Positions 11,385-24,020 are shown, counted from the whole stretch's first letter. The stretch: DNA of 63,246 nt, filler included, from Sphacelaria rigidula (GCA_964200075.2; 9 parts of 9 records of this genome joined end to end with filler, not necessarily neighbours in it), one strand, 5' to 3'. A program made the numbers and translations. Notes: generated by a model from the sequence alone, not told the origin.

Positions 11385-11950
11385 TGCTTTCAGTACTCAA
11401 ATTTTTCGTAGAGTAGTCGAGGTCGTGGTCGATTTACTCAAAATTAATTACAGTACCTTAGGCCATACTCGGTCTACCCAAAATTTGAGTGGGGTAGTGA
11501 TGTAACCAACTGATACTCTCTACTCGAGTATTGCTGAGAGTGCCCAGTACTTGAGTAGAGAGTTGAACGTACTCGATCTACTCGAAATTTGAGTACAGTA
11601 TTCGAGGTCGTACTCAATCAATTCAAATTTGAGTAAAGTTTTCGAGGTCGTCGTCAACCTCTCGAAATTCGACTAGAGTTTTTCAAGCCGCGCTCGATCT
11701 TTTCAGAAATCGAGTACAGTATTTCGAGCCGTACGCGATCTGGTCAAAATTTTGGCAGGGTATAGAGGTCATTCCCATGCGATATTCCATACCTCAGTAT
11801 TACGGGGAGTACTTCCTCAAATTTTGAGTGCAGTATTTCAGGCCGTACGCAATCTACTCAAAATTTGAGGGGAGTATTTTAGGCCGTACTCGATACATTG
11901 AACTTTGAGTAGAGTATAATTACACGGGTGTATTTTTTCATACTCTACTC
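11385..11950. repeat. Degenerate tandem minisatellite of about 41 bp (approx. GTACTCGATCTACTCAAAATTTGAGTACAGTATTTCGAGGCC)
   Basis: About 10 diverged units with recurring TACTC/GAGTA internal palindromes. A related fragment lies near 25850-25950. Confidence 0.75.
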
Positions 11951-12143
11951 GACCCGTCCTTGAAATGTTTATACGAATTTCCGGCATTGGGCGGGCATGC
12001 CACTTCAAACGGTTCTCACTTCACCAAACATGACTTTTTGGGAAACTCGAAGTTTACTCTCATCCTGCATCATTGATCTCCTTCTCTGTCGTCTTCTTTC
12101 GCTGGTTTTCGGCGGCCAAAAAGGGATGCCGAGGGTTGCCCAC

Positions 12144-13978
12144 ATGGAGGACGTTTCTTCACAGGGGAAATCACGCCCTCCCAACAGGAGAACCAAGACG
12201 AGATGTGCGCCGGCATAGTAATGTCCGCCGATGATTTGACGACCCCGGCCACCGCGAAGCACGTAAGATCGAAGCGCCAGAACCATCAGCACCAGGACCG
12301 TCGCCGGTTTTTCGTCAAAGTGAAAGAACGCGCACGAAAGAAGATACGTAGACTTGCCGGAGAGGGCAAGGGCAAGGGCAAGAATGGCGATGAGTTGAAG
12401 AAACTGCTGGGACAAATAGAGTATAGAATGCAGTATGGTGACGACAGCAGAGAATGGTGAGGGCGACAGCGGCACCGAGAGGGGGATTGAAAGCGACGGC
12501 GACAGCGAGAATGGTGAGGGCAACAGCGGCACCGAGAGCGAGTCTGAGGGTAACGGCGACAGCGAGAGCGACGATGATGATGACGATCAGAATGGGATGA
12601 GCAGCGAGGACGACCTGGATGGAGGAAGGAGTCCTGCCTCCCAATTCCGCGACGACCACGGCAGAGGAGGCAGTTCTGTCTCTGGCGTCTGGCGTCCGGG
12701 AGGCCGCTGACGACCGCGGCGTTTCGGAGGAAAAATCGTCGGCCGGGGACGACGAGAGCATGGAATCCATGCCGCCGCGGCTTCCGGCCGCACGTGGACG
12801 GCTGCCGACGCCAGGACCCGGTGGTCGTGACAACATTCGAACCGCTACATTACCGCTACCCCGATGGAACGAAAATGACCAGCATGCTCAGCGCCAACGC
12901 GGCGCGAACCCGCTGCCACCGTTGTCGCCAACCAGCACCACGATGTCTCCCTCCACCACTGGGCGCGGCACGGAACCGCTGATCCGGTTTACGCCCACTC
13001 CTGGGCGAAAACTCCAAACTATGCGCGGTGGCCCTTCCACCCATGGATGGGGTGCTTTACCACCGCCGCCGATGACGCACTCTGGGAATGTCGTTTCTTT
13101 CTCGTCATCTCAACCGGGGGGAAGGGCCTCTTTACCTTTCCCTTCTGTTATCGGCGACGTGCGCGGGTACGAAGATCTCGTAGGGGCAAATTCCTCTCCT
13201 CCCCGGGATAGTTCCGCGCTGGAAATAAGTAGTGTGGAGGGGGGGGGTTGCCTGGACAACTTGGTGTTGAAAATTCACTGAACGGTTCGGCGGCCCTCCT
13301 CCCACACTTCAACCTCCAGTCCTGAACTTGGGGAAGTTCTCGAGTTCCTCCATGTATGGGCAACGCCTATCGTGTGAGAAGGAGGCGGAGGACGTCCAAC
13401 GGGGAGAGGAGATGGTGGAAGAGTTGAGGAAACTACCCACTGAGGTTGTCAACACGTGCATCTTCATGGAGGAAGTAGGAGGGGATGCTCTCGCCGATCT
13501 GGTGCACAAGTGCGAATGGTGTAAGCGGACAGCATTGAATTGTGACGACCTGGACACGCTCCCGGAGGAGGTGGTGATCGCGATGATATCCACCTATGTC
13601 CGCCTGCACCTGTCGGAGGCGATGAGGTGCGTGGGGAAGGAGGATGGTGATACACACCACACCATAGCGTCCAACGAGAAGCGCCTCTCACAGAGGTTGC
13701 TGGAGAAAGTCCTCACGCATTTACTCCGGGCGCCCTCGGAGAGGACGCATGGCGCCCACCTCTGGGTTAGGCTTATCACCGCGCTCAATATTCGCCACGA
13801 CTGCGGGGAATGTTGGACGAGGATCGGCGACGAAAGCGGCCAGCTTGATGGCACTGACCGCCTACTGTCCGAAATTCGCTGCACGTTCGTGAGGGCTTCG
13901 CTCCTTCATGAGCAACTCCAGCTTGTGAACCAGCCTGGTTCACAAGCTGGAGTTGCTCATGAAGGAGCGAAGCCCTCA
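12144..13978 (+). pseudogene. Probable frameshifted coding relic of unknown family: basic N-terminus, acidic D/E/S/G tract, then a helical Cys-containing region; cut by the scaffold end
   Basis: Four overlapping or adjacent GC-rich plus-strand ORFs (12203-12460, 12435-12710, 12619-13281, 13328-13978) read as protein-like. No domain recognised. Confidence 0.45.
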
Positions 13979-14078
13979 NNNNNNNNNNNNNNNNNNNNNN
14001 NNNNNNNNNNNNNNNNNNNNNNTTAATTAATTAANNNNNNNNNNNNNNNNNNNNNNNNNNNNNNNNNNNNNNNNNNNN

Positions 14079-14184
14079 GGAAGGCGTCCGCATAATAAGA
14101 TGCCCAGTACCAATGTACCGCGCAGATATCGGAACGGCTTTTTAATATGAAGACAACAACAACAACAACAACAAAAACAACAAT
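14079..14184 (+). mobile_element. 3' end of a non-LTR retroposon with a (CAA)n tail; second copy at about 34275-34380
   Basis: GGAAGGCGTCCGCAT...AGATGCCCAGTAC.AATGTACCGCGCAGATATCGGAACGG...GACAACAACAAC is shared between scaffolds 3 and 5. Confidence 0.7.
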
Positions 14185-16568
14185 TATTTGTCCGACCCTT
14201 GGTAGGAAATACTAGACATGGTGTTTAATCAACGAGAAAAAATATGGCCCAGCTCTTTGAGCACATAGGCACCTTCCCCTTGACTTGAACGATTGATAAG
14301 ATATGCGGATCACGACCCGACTACTTGTTGTCTGTGTCGATGGGATATTGCCTTGAATTGAGAGCTTAAACCCGCTGCGTCTAGGCTGACCCAGCTCGTG
14401 CATGGCACATGACAAAATAACACACGGACCGCATCAACCATGCTATGCAGCAAAAAACATTAGACATGCATAATGTTTTCGGAGGGGAGGGGCGAAGGTG
14501 GTTCGAGATACCACATTTTGGACCCTACTTATTATGCTCACAATGAATTACCCACACCCTATCCTGTGGAGGGGTGGTTTACGCCCAGCAGTTTCGTAGG
14601 ACGTCTTGCGGCGGCAAAGGTTATGGCATATATACCGTACATAGGTAGTGCACTCACTGGGATATTCGTCATCATTTTTTGTGACACACGGACGGTGCGG
14701 GGGGGATTGTTTTCATATATATTTTAGTATAGGACACAATCGGAGCAGAAACAAGTGCACTACCTATGCATAGTATATGTCATAACCTTTGTGCGCCGGT
14801 TCTGGATTCTTCCAAAATACGGGACGTTGCAGACCCGCGGTGAAATAGGTGTGGTTCAAAATCTACTATTACAATTAAGAGCCCTCTGTCGTGTTGGGGG
14901 GCACTCATGAGTTTCACACTTCGCAAAACCAATATGTCAAGAGATAAGGCGATGCGCATTCTTGCTGAAGGATACAGAGTCAGAAGTTCGACCTGTAAAA
15001 TAATCACTCGGCATATGGTTAACAATTTGAATCTAGTTCGGATTGGAAAATAACTTGATGGATTGCAAACGATAGGAAATGATTTCATGTGAAGCATTAT
15101 CTTACCGTCGAGTTCAGAGTCGTGTACGAGGGCAATAAGGAAACAGTTCGGGGACAGGTAGCAAACGTTGTGGGAACCACGGTGCAGCAGTGGTATCGTG
15201 CGCGAGGAGGACCGAGTACTGCGAGATATTCGAAGAGTTTCATAAAAGTAGTGTAGTAGTGAGCAGTGCAGGTGATAATTCAGGCACAAAAAAAGAGAGA
15301 AACAGGGAGTGCATTCCTCACTGCTCTGTGTGCGCCGTCGGCCCGCTCGGGGCTGCGGGCTGCTGCTCTCTGTTGAGAGCGGGCGCACGGGGTAGGGGGC
15401 TTTTAAGTTAGCAAGACTGGAAAAGAGTCAAGCAATTCGGGAGAGAAAGTGGTGTATTATAGTTAAAGGGGGGGCTGAAGTGGGTAGAGTGACTTCGCTT
15501 GCAGGACACCCTGCCTCCTGTGTTCATTTCTGTGGAGCGACCGATTTGGAGGGATCGGCGAACACGCCACAGCTTACAACGGCACACCTGCACAGGAATC
15601 GGGAAGGGCCACACACAGCAGTACACACAGGCACACTACAGCTCTACGGAAGGGGGTAGGGGCGGGCAGATTGCACTCAGCAGGTCACCTGATCACGTTG
15701 TGCCTTGTGATTCGGGGCGCTAACCGCGATTGGAAGGAGGAAGTACAGCTGCAGTGGCGGCATCAGCAGCAGTTGTTGAGACAGCGGCGGCCCCAGCAGC
15801 AGGTTCGGGAGAGAACCAAGGTCCAGGCTGCTGTTGCCCTGAGCGGTCTATTTGGCCACAACGGATACCGCGCGGCAGGAGTGCTGTGGTGTGTGCTGTA
15901 GTATAAATTTGTTGTGATTGGCACCTTGAGAGTGATCGTTGGGTTGGGAAGTAAAAGGTACGCCGTCGGCGTGTCGGGAAGGCTGCTGTTCTTGTGCGAA
16001 AACCCGCTTCACACCAGTCCATAGGCAGGTCGCAACAGCAACTTACACCGTTCACCGTTCACCAAATTGTAGAAGAGCTTCTCTCTGTACTGTACTTGTC
16101 TGTATACCCGGCATCGGGGCTATTGAAACATTTATCTCAGCACTTGTATTGGGAAGACAACTTCATAAGTTGTTGGTGAGCGAACAACAAGCCGCTAGGA
16201 GAGTCGCGGGAGGCAGCGAGACGAAAGGGCAGCCGGAGAAAGGGCACACGCTGTAGCGGGGGAGGAACTCAGTCGCCAAGACCAAAAAAATACACGACTT
16301 GATTTATTAAGAGGGAACTGTGTATTTCGTGTGCACTAAGGAAGAGGGAGGACGCTGTCTGTGCTGCTGTAGAACTTGGAGGCGAGGAAGGAGAGGCAGA
16401 GCAGATCTAACAGAGCAGGCGCATAGGCTCGGCTGACAGACTGCACAGCAACACACGAGAGGGACCAAGGACTGTCTGAAGAACCTAAGTGCGCAAGGCT
16501 ACATCGTGAATTAGAACGCCCCCGCCCGCCCCCAGTCGCCATCGCCGTCGCCCGGCTATCCTGCGGCC

Positions 16569-16741
16569 ATGATGCGTCGGCCGCAGCCGCGCCCGGGGGT
16601 GGGCAAGAAGGCCTCTGGCACGGGGTTCAAGATCACGTACAGCGTGAATCAGCTGTTGACAATGGGCAAGGCGTCCATCTCTGAGGAGTCTGGCTGTCCT
16701 CCACCTGAGGGCTGGGAAAAGTACGGCTACAGTTCCATCGT
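16569..16741 (+). CDS. Putative first coding exon (MMRRPQPRPGVGKKASGTGFKITYSVNQLLTMGKASISEESGCPPPEGWEKYGYSSI) with a YxxxxLL eIF4E-binding-type motif
   Basis: GCGGCCATG start context, 57 open codons rich in third-position G/C, a consensus GTGAGT donor at 16742, and a GC-rich leader upstream. Confidence 0.6.
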
Positions 16742-19013
16742 GTGAGTGACGGGGATATTCAGACGCGGGGTAATTTGATGCTTCAAGGAACAAAACATGG
16801 TAGTAACTTGATTCTAAATCCAAATGCACGTGAGAGACCTCGACTTCACTTTGTGTACTGTATCACGCAGGCGCCGCGTGTTGAACACTGCTGGGGAAAA
16901 TGCCACCTCGCCGCTCTCCTACCCGATGCGTCTGCTGTATTTTTTCCCAACCAAGCGTTGGTTTGCGGTATTTTTGTCGCCATGAAATTTCCTGATTGTA
17001 ATATATAACATGTCCAGCTGTTTTCGAGATGCTTGGACACACGAAATATATGCTCGCGGGATTCCTACACGGTCGCGGGGCGCCTAGAAATGTTATCCCA
17101 TCGGCCCAGCGATTCATGTAGGCTTGTCGCGTGCCTGCGCGGAGGGTTGCTGATGGTGGTGTTCGTCGTGATAGTTCGGTTGTCTTGCTCGGGTGTTCTT
17201 GAACAACACTTGAGAGCACATGTCATTATCTTGGAGAATATCAAAGTACATCGGGTACGCGCTCGAGCAAGGATTGACCAACGTGCACTTGTGTATATAT
17301 CATGTTCTACTGTCAGCTCTCCGGTTTGGTTATTTACTGCAATACGTCCCGCCTTTTTTTTGCGTGGATTGTCGTGTTATACGTATACTTTTTTTTTCAA
17401 ATCTTGACAAAGTCCAACGTGTGCCTATTTGTGCGTGTGTGTTTTTTCGCTTTGCAAGTACAGCACTCTCACTCAATCACTTCCTCACAGCATGTAGTGG
17501 TAAGTGCAAGAGAGGTGAAATATCAACAATGTTCAACTCACAGTCAGTCTCGTCGGGAAAGGGAGGGGGCTGATGAAGTAAGTCATGGTGAAGCTTAACT
17601 TGATTTGATTGATCATTGCCGTACTTTAACTGAATCCCCAGGAATCCAGTCGTGGTCACATGAAAGACGTACCCAAGACAGTACAAAACTGAAACACTCG
17701 CTGAAGAAGGAGAAACATATGAAGTAGAACCAAACAGCGTAGTAGACTGAGACCTTTAAAGGAGAAAAGAGATGAACAAGAAGAAAATAACAGAAAGAAG
17801 TGAGCGGTCTATGCCACGTGGCTTCGGCGTACAAGGTCTTGCGCAGAACCATAGTCGTACCTCGTTGAACGTTGAAAACAAGAGGTCGTGGAATGGAAAA
17901 TATTGCAGCTCATCTAGTGCAAATGCTATATTCAGGGTATGGACCCTCTCATGCATGAAGAAATACAAAGAAGCGAGGTATCACACTGTCCTGCCATACA
18001 TCGATAGGAGAGAACACGTATATACAAAGATGAGGAAAAGGGAGAACAGGGCAGGACATATTACGGAGGTGAAGCCCGAGGAATTCGGGGCAGCAGAGTA
18101 GATACAGACAGACACACACCAGTGGGCACAGCAGAGCCACCGACTAAGGACACAATCAACAACCAATATGAGCAGGCAGGTGAAGCTTATCCGAGAAAAC
18201 CTGACATGCGTTTATGCCCAAATTTACAACCCGACTACTGTCAGCAGTTCACCTCCAAAGGCCTCGTCCCCGTCCTCCTTTATCGCACTTGCAGATAGTT
18301 CCCTTCCGTTGCCCACCTCAAGGGTGATGGGTATCACATATACGAGAGTAGCGGAGGAACTAGGGAGCCGAACCACCTTGCCTCCGGCGAGGGAGTTGAT
18401 ACAACGTCGTACAAGTATGGCTTGTGGGATGTAGCCGAACGTTTCATACATCTTGTTTGCACTTTCCCCAAAAGATGCATAGGGTAGGATAGCGTCGCGT
18501 ACAAGATATCCGTGGGTAATCTGGGCCACCGGGTATCGTTTCCTGTCGATACTCGTGGTGTCTGGGTTCCTCGCGAGTGTCGGCAGTCGATACCCCAAGT
18601 ACCCCGGGATATCGGGTACTCACAGCACCCCGAAGATTCAGGAGATCTTCAGGTCTGCATCACCTTTGTACTTGTCGCTTGCCCAATTTTATTGGCAAAG
18701 CAGCCATATAAAAGGGCAGCTAAGCAAGCGGATCGCTTAATCCGCGATACTCGAGCAGCTGCAGCGGCTGATGGTGTAACTAACCGGTACGTGTTCAAAT
18801 GGTTAGAGCGGGGTAGGGGTTTCCATACGATGCAGATAACACCAATCGAGTTTCTTCTCCAGGGTACCTGATTTCCGTCGTCGTGAACGTGATAAAGCTT
18901 ATCATGTGATGTTATACAATGAAGTACCGGTGTTGCACTGTAGAGATATCATTAGTGTTGTGCCGTTGGCCAGCAATTCTGCAGGAATCCGAGGGGATAC
19001 TTTGCTGCACCTT

Positions 19014-19382
19014 GCGGTCGCCCCGGTGGCTCAGTTGGTAACCTCGAAACCCTCTGACGGCAGGGTAGGGTCGTGGGTTCGAATCTCGGTGCAGTCACAC
19101 GATCCAGATTTTTCTCACACCATGCCCAACAGTGGAGAGCGACTACGTCACGGGTACACAAATTCTACTCCACGGTCGACAAGAAAAAGGGACCGCTGCA
19201 CCCCTCTCTCGAAAGAAAATGGCAAGCCCTGCAGGAGGGAGGTGGAGAGTCAAAGTAAAGGAAAAACGAAGACCCCTGTATTGGCCTTCCTCCTGCGTGA
19301 CCCCGGCTGATCCGCCCACATATACCGAAAGGTGTAGACTGTCGTCTAGAAATAGATGGGATGACAGCACGCACACACACAC
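19014..19382 (+). mobile_element. tRNA-derived SINE, full length (about 370 bp)
   Basis: A-box TGGCTCAGTTGG (19027) and B-box GGTTCGAATC (19076), a conserved body (GGCCTTCCTCCTGCGTGACCCCGGCTG) and a (CA)n tail. Three further copies in the window. Confidence 0.9.
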
Positions 19383-19425
<43 letters not shown>

Positions 19426-20925
19426 ACCCCCCCCGACCCCCCGCCGGCCCCGCGACCCTTGGCGGCGCTCATATAGCNNNNNNNNNNCCCACCCCGCCAG
19501 CCCACACCCCCCACAAACACAACTGACGTGCCCTGCCACCAAAACAACACTAGCAACCCACCCCCACCCCCCCCCCCCCCCCCCCCCCCCCCCCCGCAGG
19601 CGCAACCTATGTAACCAGGTTATCGTTTGTTTGAGCTCGGGTTTTTTTCGCAGTAACCATGATGATGATCGAGATACATCATATCGTGCGGGGTGGAGAT
19701 ACTCAACTCCACGCAAAGGGAATGATCATACCACATAGTGCTCATTTGATTCGACACCGAGGAGATGGTGTAACCTGTGGCTGTCTCTGCAAGTGGCGAT
19801 GCCAGAGAAGAAGGGACACTGTAGGCTGTTATTTACATTCAAGATTATGAGCACGCTTCGGGCTGAACAATCTTAGCAAGATGCAGCTCACCTTTCATAC
19901 GACTCGCCGAAATCGTCACGGCGCTTCGCGCTTGGTGACAGCGAGCCTGGTACGTCGAAAACCCGGCGTGCTCCGTCCTGGCTCTGGAGGGATGCGAGGT
20001 CATTGGCCCCATGGCTGCGGCATGCAAGATCATGAATACAGAACGATCCCACCACATGGGTTTTGTTTTTGCGTTGAGCTACACCTACGCACATGCTCCT
20101 TGTAGCGTAGCTGGTACGTGTTTTAGTTACCTCATCTCTCTTTTTTTTTCCCTGTTTGCAGACAAAAAAGTCTTTGAAGTGACAGGTCAATATCCCATCA
20201 CGAGTTATGTACTCTGTTTCTATCCCAACTGGTGTAGTGGTACTAAAACGCACCGGCATTTCAAATGATCGCTTGTCGCACATCGAGTAATTCCTAAGAA
20301 ATCCAGCAGTGGTCACCCACATGGACGTACAGTAGTGGGTGGTCTAACTATTTAGAGGTGTTTGAGGATTTTACTTGCGTACTGCCCTCCGATAGAACTC
20401 GAAATTGCTAGCGTCGGTAGATTTTGGTACAACAAAACAGATCATATTCGAAACACGGTGCCCAAGTCAGTGTTAGTGGTGTTATGGGGCGAAACGAGTG
20501 AATGCCCCGTTTATCAGGAGGATGTTTTTGACCGTGAAACACAGTTTTTCGGCCCTGGTGCACTGAGTAGGCAGACTTTCAAAAAAATAAAACTGTACAT
20601 TTCTTGACAAATATGATCGGACGGGCTCCATCGGCCGAAAATGCAGAAGAGTAAGAAGCTGGGCTGAAGCGTGGCAGGACCCCCGATGACCGGTCAGCCC
20701 GTAAGTCACTCAATATTGACTACATATGAATTTTTCTTTTTGGAATGTGGAGATGATACAGATGTCTTCAGATCCCCGATGTGATGAGGGATGGCGAGCG
20801 AAAAAAGCCCAACAAAATCGTCAATCACAAAAAAATCACAAAATGCCACAAAGTGAACAGTTAGACCGACCACTACTGTATATCCTCCATGGACGTATTT
20901 GCTCCTTGATTGCCAACTCACGCCT

Positions 20926-20960
<35 letters not shown>

Positions 20961-21877
20961 CCCCCCCCCCCCCCCCCTCCCTCCCCCCTCCTCCCCCCGT
21001 CCCGCCGCGGACAAAACNNNNNNNNNNNNNNNNNNNNNNNNNNNNNNNNNNNNNNNNNNNNTTAATTAATTAANNNNNNNNNNNNNNNNNNNNNNNNNNN
21101 NNNNNNNNNNNNNNNNNACTGATTGACCGCTTTTCACTCTCAATCGTATCATCTACTCTCAATCTCACGAAAACACTGTTTCCCTCAGACTCAGGCTATG
21201 GTCCATCGGCTGACCTAGAGTAAAGTGCGGACGAGGTTTCCCAATGTCAGCATATCATGGACGAGTACAGAATAATAAAAAACTGAATGGCGCGCCTTCA
21301 CCAGACCCGCTGTCCCATAACACGAGAAAAAGAAAACGGGTCAGTGACTCTCTTCGTGAGGAAACTAAGTTTCCCATGCAGAACAAGCACCCGAAACGTG
21401 CACTTGCAGGACATCTCCCGCTACATGCAGACGCGTTAGATACAAAGTCAGGACAAAAGAAAACTGATGCCATGGTCAATGCGATCACAAGGACATCAGC
21501 GGTGAAGGGAGACTGGACCCAAAGGTCTGAGCTCTTACCAGCAAAATAGGGGTGTTGCTGGCGAGGATAGCCGTGGAAATTTTGTAATCTTGGAGTGTAC
21601 CACTCCAGACATACAAATACAGCCACCGTTCTATTTTTTGTCTTCGATGTTCGTTTTCCCCAGACGCAAGCATTGCCATATCATACGGTAATTTATCACG
21701 GGTTCAGTGTCCAAGCAAAACGCGGGACGACAACCCATTCCCATGCGAAAACACAGTGTTTTCCACTGAGTCGCCCATAAATCAGTGTCTATGGGGGATC
21801 ACAATCAGCACTGATCACACAGATTTTACAGATGCTGCGATCATGCGACCAAGTCACAAACCTCCGACAAAATATTC

Positions 21878-23515
21878 CACACCGTGGACAATACAATATG
21901 TTTCCAATATATATTAGTCGATCATATTGGAATTTTGCGATATATTGCCGGTGTCATATATATTAGTACCCTTAGACTGCACATGTACTGCGCGCCCAAT
22001 ATATATATATTGATGTCGTGGGACTGCATACATATTGCCCGCCCAATATGTATTGGCACTATTGGGTTGAACACATATTGTCCCATCAATGTATATTGGG
22101 GCAGCGTGGGCGACAAAATATTGCACGACCAATATATATTAGGGTCGCATTGATTAGAACAAATTGACCGGTCAATATATATATTGGGTCTGCGTGGGTG
22201 ACAATGCATTGGCCGGTCAAAATACATATTAGATATTATAAGTATCGTGTACGCTCTAGGATCAATCCAGACGCGATGGATGCCGAAGCCCGTGCAGATT
22301 GGGAAAAGCTTCAAAGGGAGCCGCAGAAGTTCGCGTGCATTACTGCGGAAAGTTGTCGAATGCGTTTGATATGTACTAGTTAGAAAATATGGTGACAGAA
22401 GAGGCGACCCGGTATATATGCCTCCTGATAATTATCTGGTCACCGGTGCGGGACCGCCCATCCCCTTTCCAGCATGTAATATAAATATCCTAAACATCAC
22501 GACGACAGAAAACGCGGGTCGATATGCGCCTTTTGGTACCCCTGTGGTCACCGGGGCTGTGCTGCTTATACCCTGGACAATATAATATGTTCCAATATGA
22601 TACCAATACTTTGTATTGGAGCCAGCGCAAATATTGTCCTTTCAATATATATTGTGTTGAGATGTCCTCAGAGATATTGAAGCAACAACATATGTTGCTC
22701 GTGTCATGATCATGAAGTAATGTATGTCAAAATATATTGGACATCCAGTTGCTCCGAGAAGAAAACATTCAAAATATATTATGCATGTCGGCCGTGTGTG
22801 TATTGAAGTGTCAAATTTATTGAGTCGAGGCGATGCGTAGCATATTGTTACCATAATATATATTGAACGCAAACCATGCAGAAGTGTTGTTTTTCCAATA
22901 TATATTGCGCACGCTGACCGGATAGCTATTGTGCAGTCAATATATATATTAAACACGCTTGCGGAGGAATACATTGAGCACTTTCGGCATGTAAATACGT
23001 CTTCGAATGGCGCCCGCGAACAAAGAACTGCCCACAATACTAATTCCAATACACTTTCCAATCTATATGTTGAAAATCAATATATTTTGCTACATCAACG
23101 TGTATTGTGACCGTCGGTTCCCTCGTGTATTGTCCACCGAATATATATTGGACGCATTGACGCACGACATATTGGGGCAGCAATATATATTGGCGCTTCG
23201 GGTGTCGAGTATATTGAATCATCAATATGTATATTGACCTCGGGTGGCAGCAAATATATTACTCGATAAATATATATATTGGTGCCTTCTCGCACCAACA
23301 TATTGCTCGGCCAATATCAATTGAGGTGGCGCGCGTCGTGATATATTGTTCGGTCGATATATATTGCATGTTGCGAGCCTTGATATATTGATGGCACAAT
23401 AAATATTGACTGTCTCTCGTGTCATCATATTGCTCGCCCAATATATATTGACCACCCGACGCCTCGATATATTGAGCAGGCAATATATATTACATATTGT
23501 ATTGTTCAGGGTGTG
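21878..23515. mobile_element. 1.64-kb non-autonomous TIR element with CACACC termini, an 8-bp TSD and CAATATATATTG motif arrays
   Basis: CACACCGTGGACAATACAATATG (21878) and CATATTGTATTGTTCAGGGTGTG (23515) form a 23-bp TIR. Flanks AAATATTC / CAATATTC. Dozens of CAATAT/ATATTG motifs fill both arms. Confidence 0.85.
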
Positions 23516-23831
23516 CAATATTCAAATTACATGAACCTGGGTACGAACGATAAAATTGAACGTTTTGTGCTTCCTCAACACGACAGTATAGAGGATATGG
23601 CACGTTCACACACAGGCCAGTCTAATGGTATCATGACAAATGCAAGATGAGGAATCCACGTTGATATCATTCTCTCCATGAATGATCGCCTCAGCCCCTC
23701 CAATAAAGAGACTTGAGACGCGTCAAAAGATGGGATGATGTGGAGACCACACATGTATGAGAGTAATGGGCACCAGAATACACATGTAAGCCGGGGGACA
23801 GTCTCAGGAACGGGGTTCGCCAGTGACATAC

Positions 23832-24020
23832 ATGAGCGGACTCGAAACGTTCAAACCTGTCAAACTGGATCTTTAGCAACCTAGGCAACGGGGTCTCCGG
23901 TAGAAAGAGCTCGGAACAATACAGCCACCGGATGAACGCTGGCTGAATGTTGCCGGTACTCCCGTACCGGCTCGTCCAGTTGTTCTTCTTGCCTACCATC
24001 GGCCACAGCCACATCCTTGC
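23832..24020 (-). CDS. Possible internal exon (ARMWLWPMVGKKNNWTSRYGSTGNIQPAFIRWLYCSELFLPETPLPRLLKIQFDRFERFESAH), product unknown
   Basis: 189-nt open frame bounded by a pyrimidine-rich TTGTCATTTAG acceptor and a GTATGT donor. No recognisable domain. Confidence 0.3.

Noticed and set aside
14780..15388. 202-aa minus-strand ORF
   Set aside because: No recognisable domain, splice signals or codon bias, and the opposite strand has about the random number of stops.
19014..19095. Functional tRNA gene
   Set aside because: A and B boxes are present, but there is no convincing cloverleaf and it is fused to a 290-bp repeated body. It is a SINE head.
19361..19738. Proline-rich (extensin- or formin-like) proteins, here and near 20930, 35030 and 61450
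   Set aside because: These are translations of poly-C tracts next to assembly gaps, where base quality is doubtful.
21878..23515. Repeat-spacer array resembling CRISPR
   Set aside because: The motifs are only 6-12 bp, irregularly spaced, and bounded by TIRs and a TSD, which fits a transposon subterminal array.
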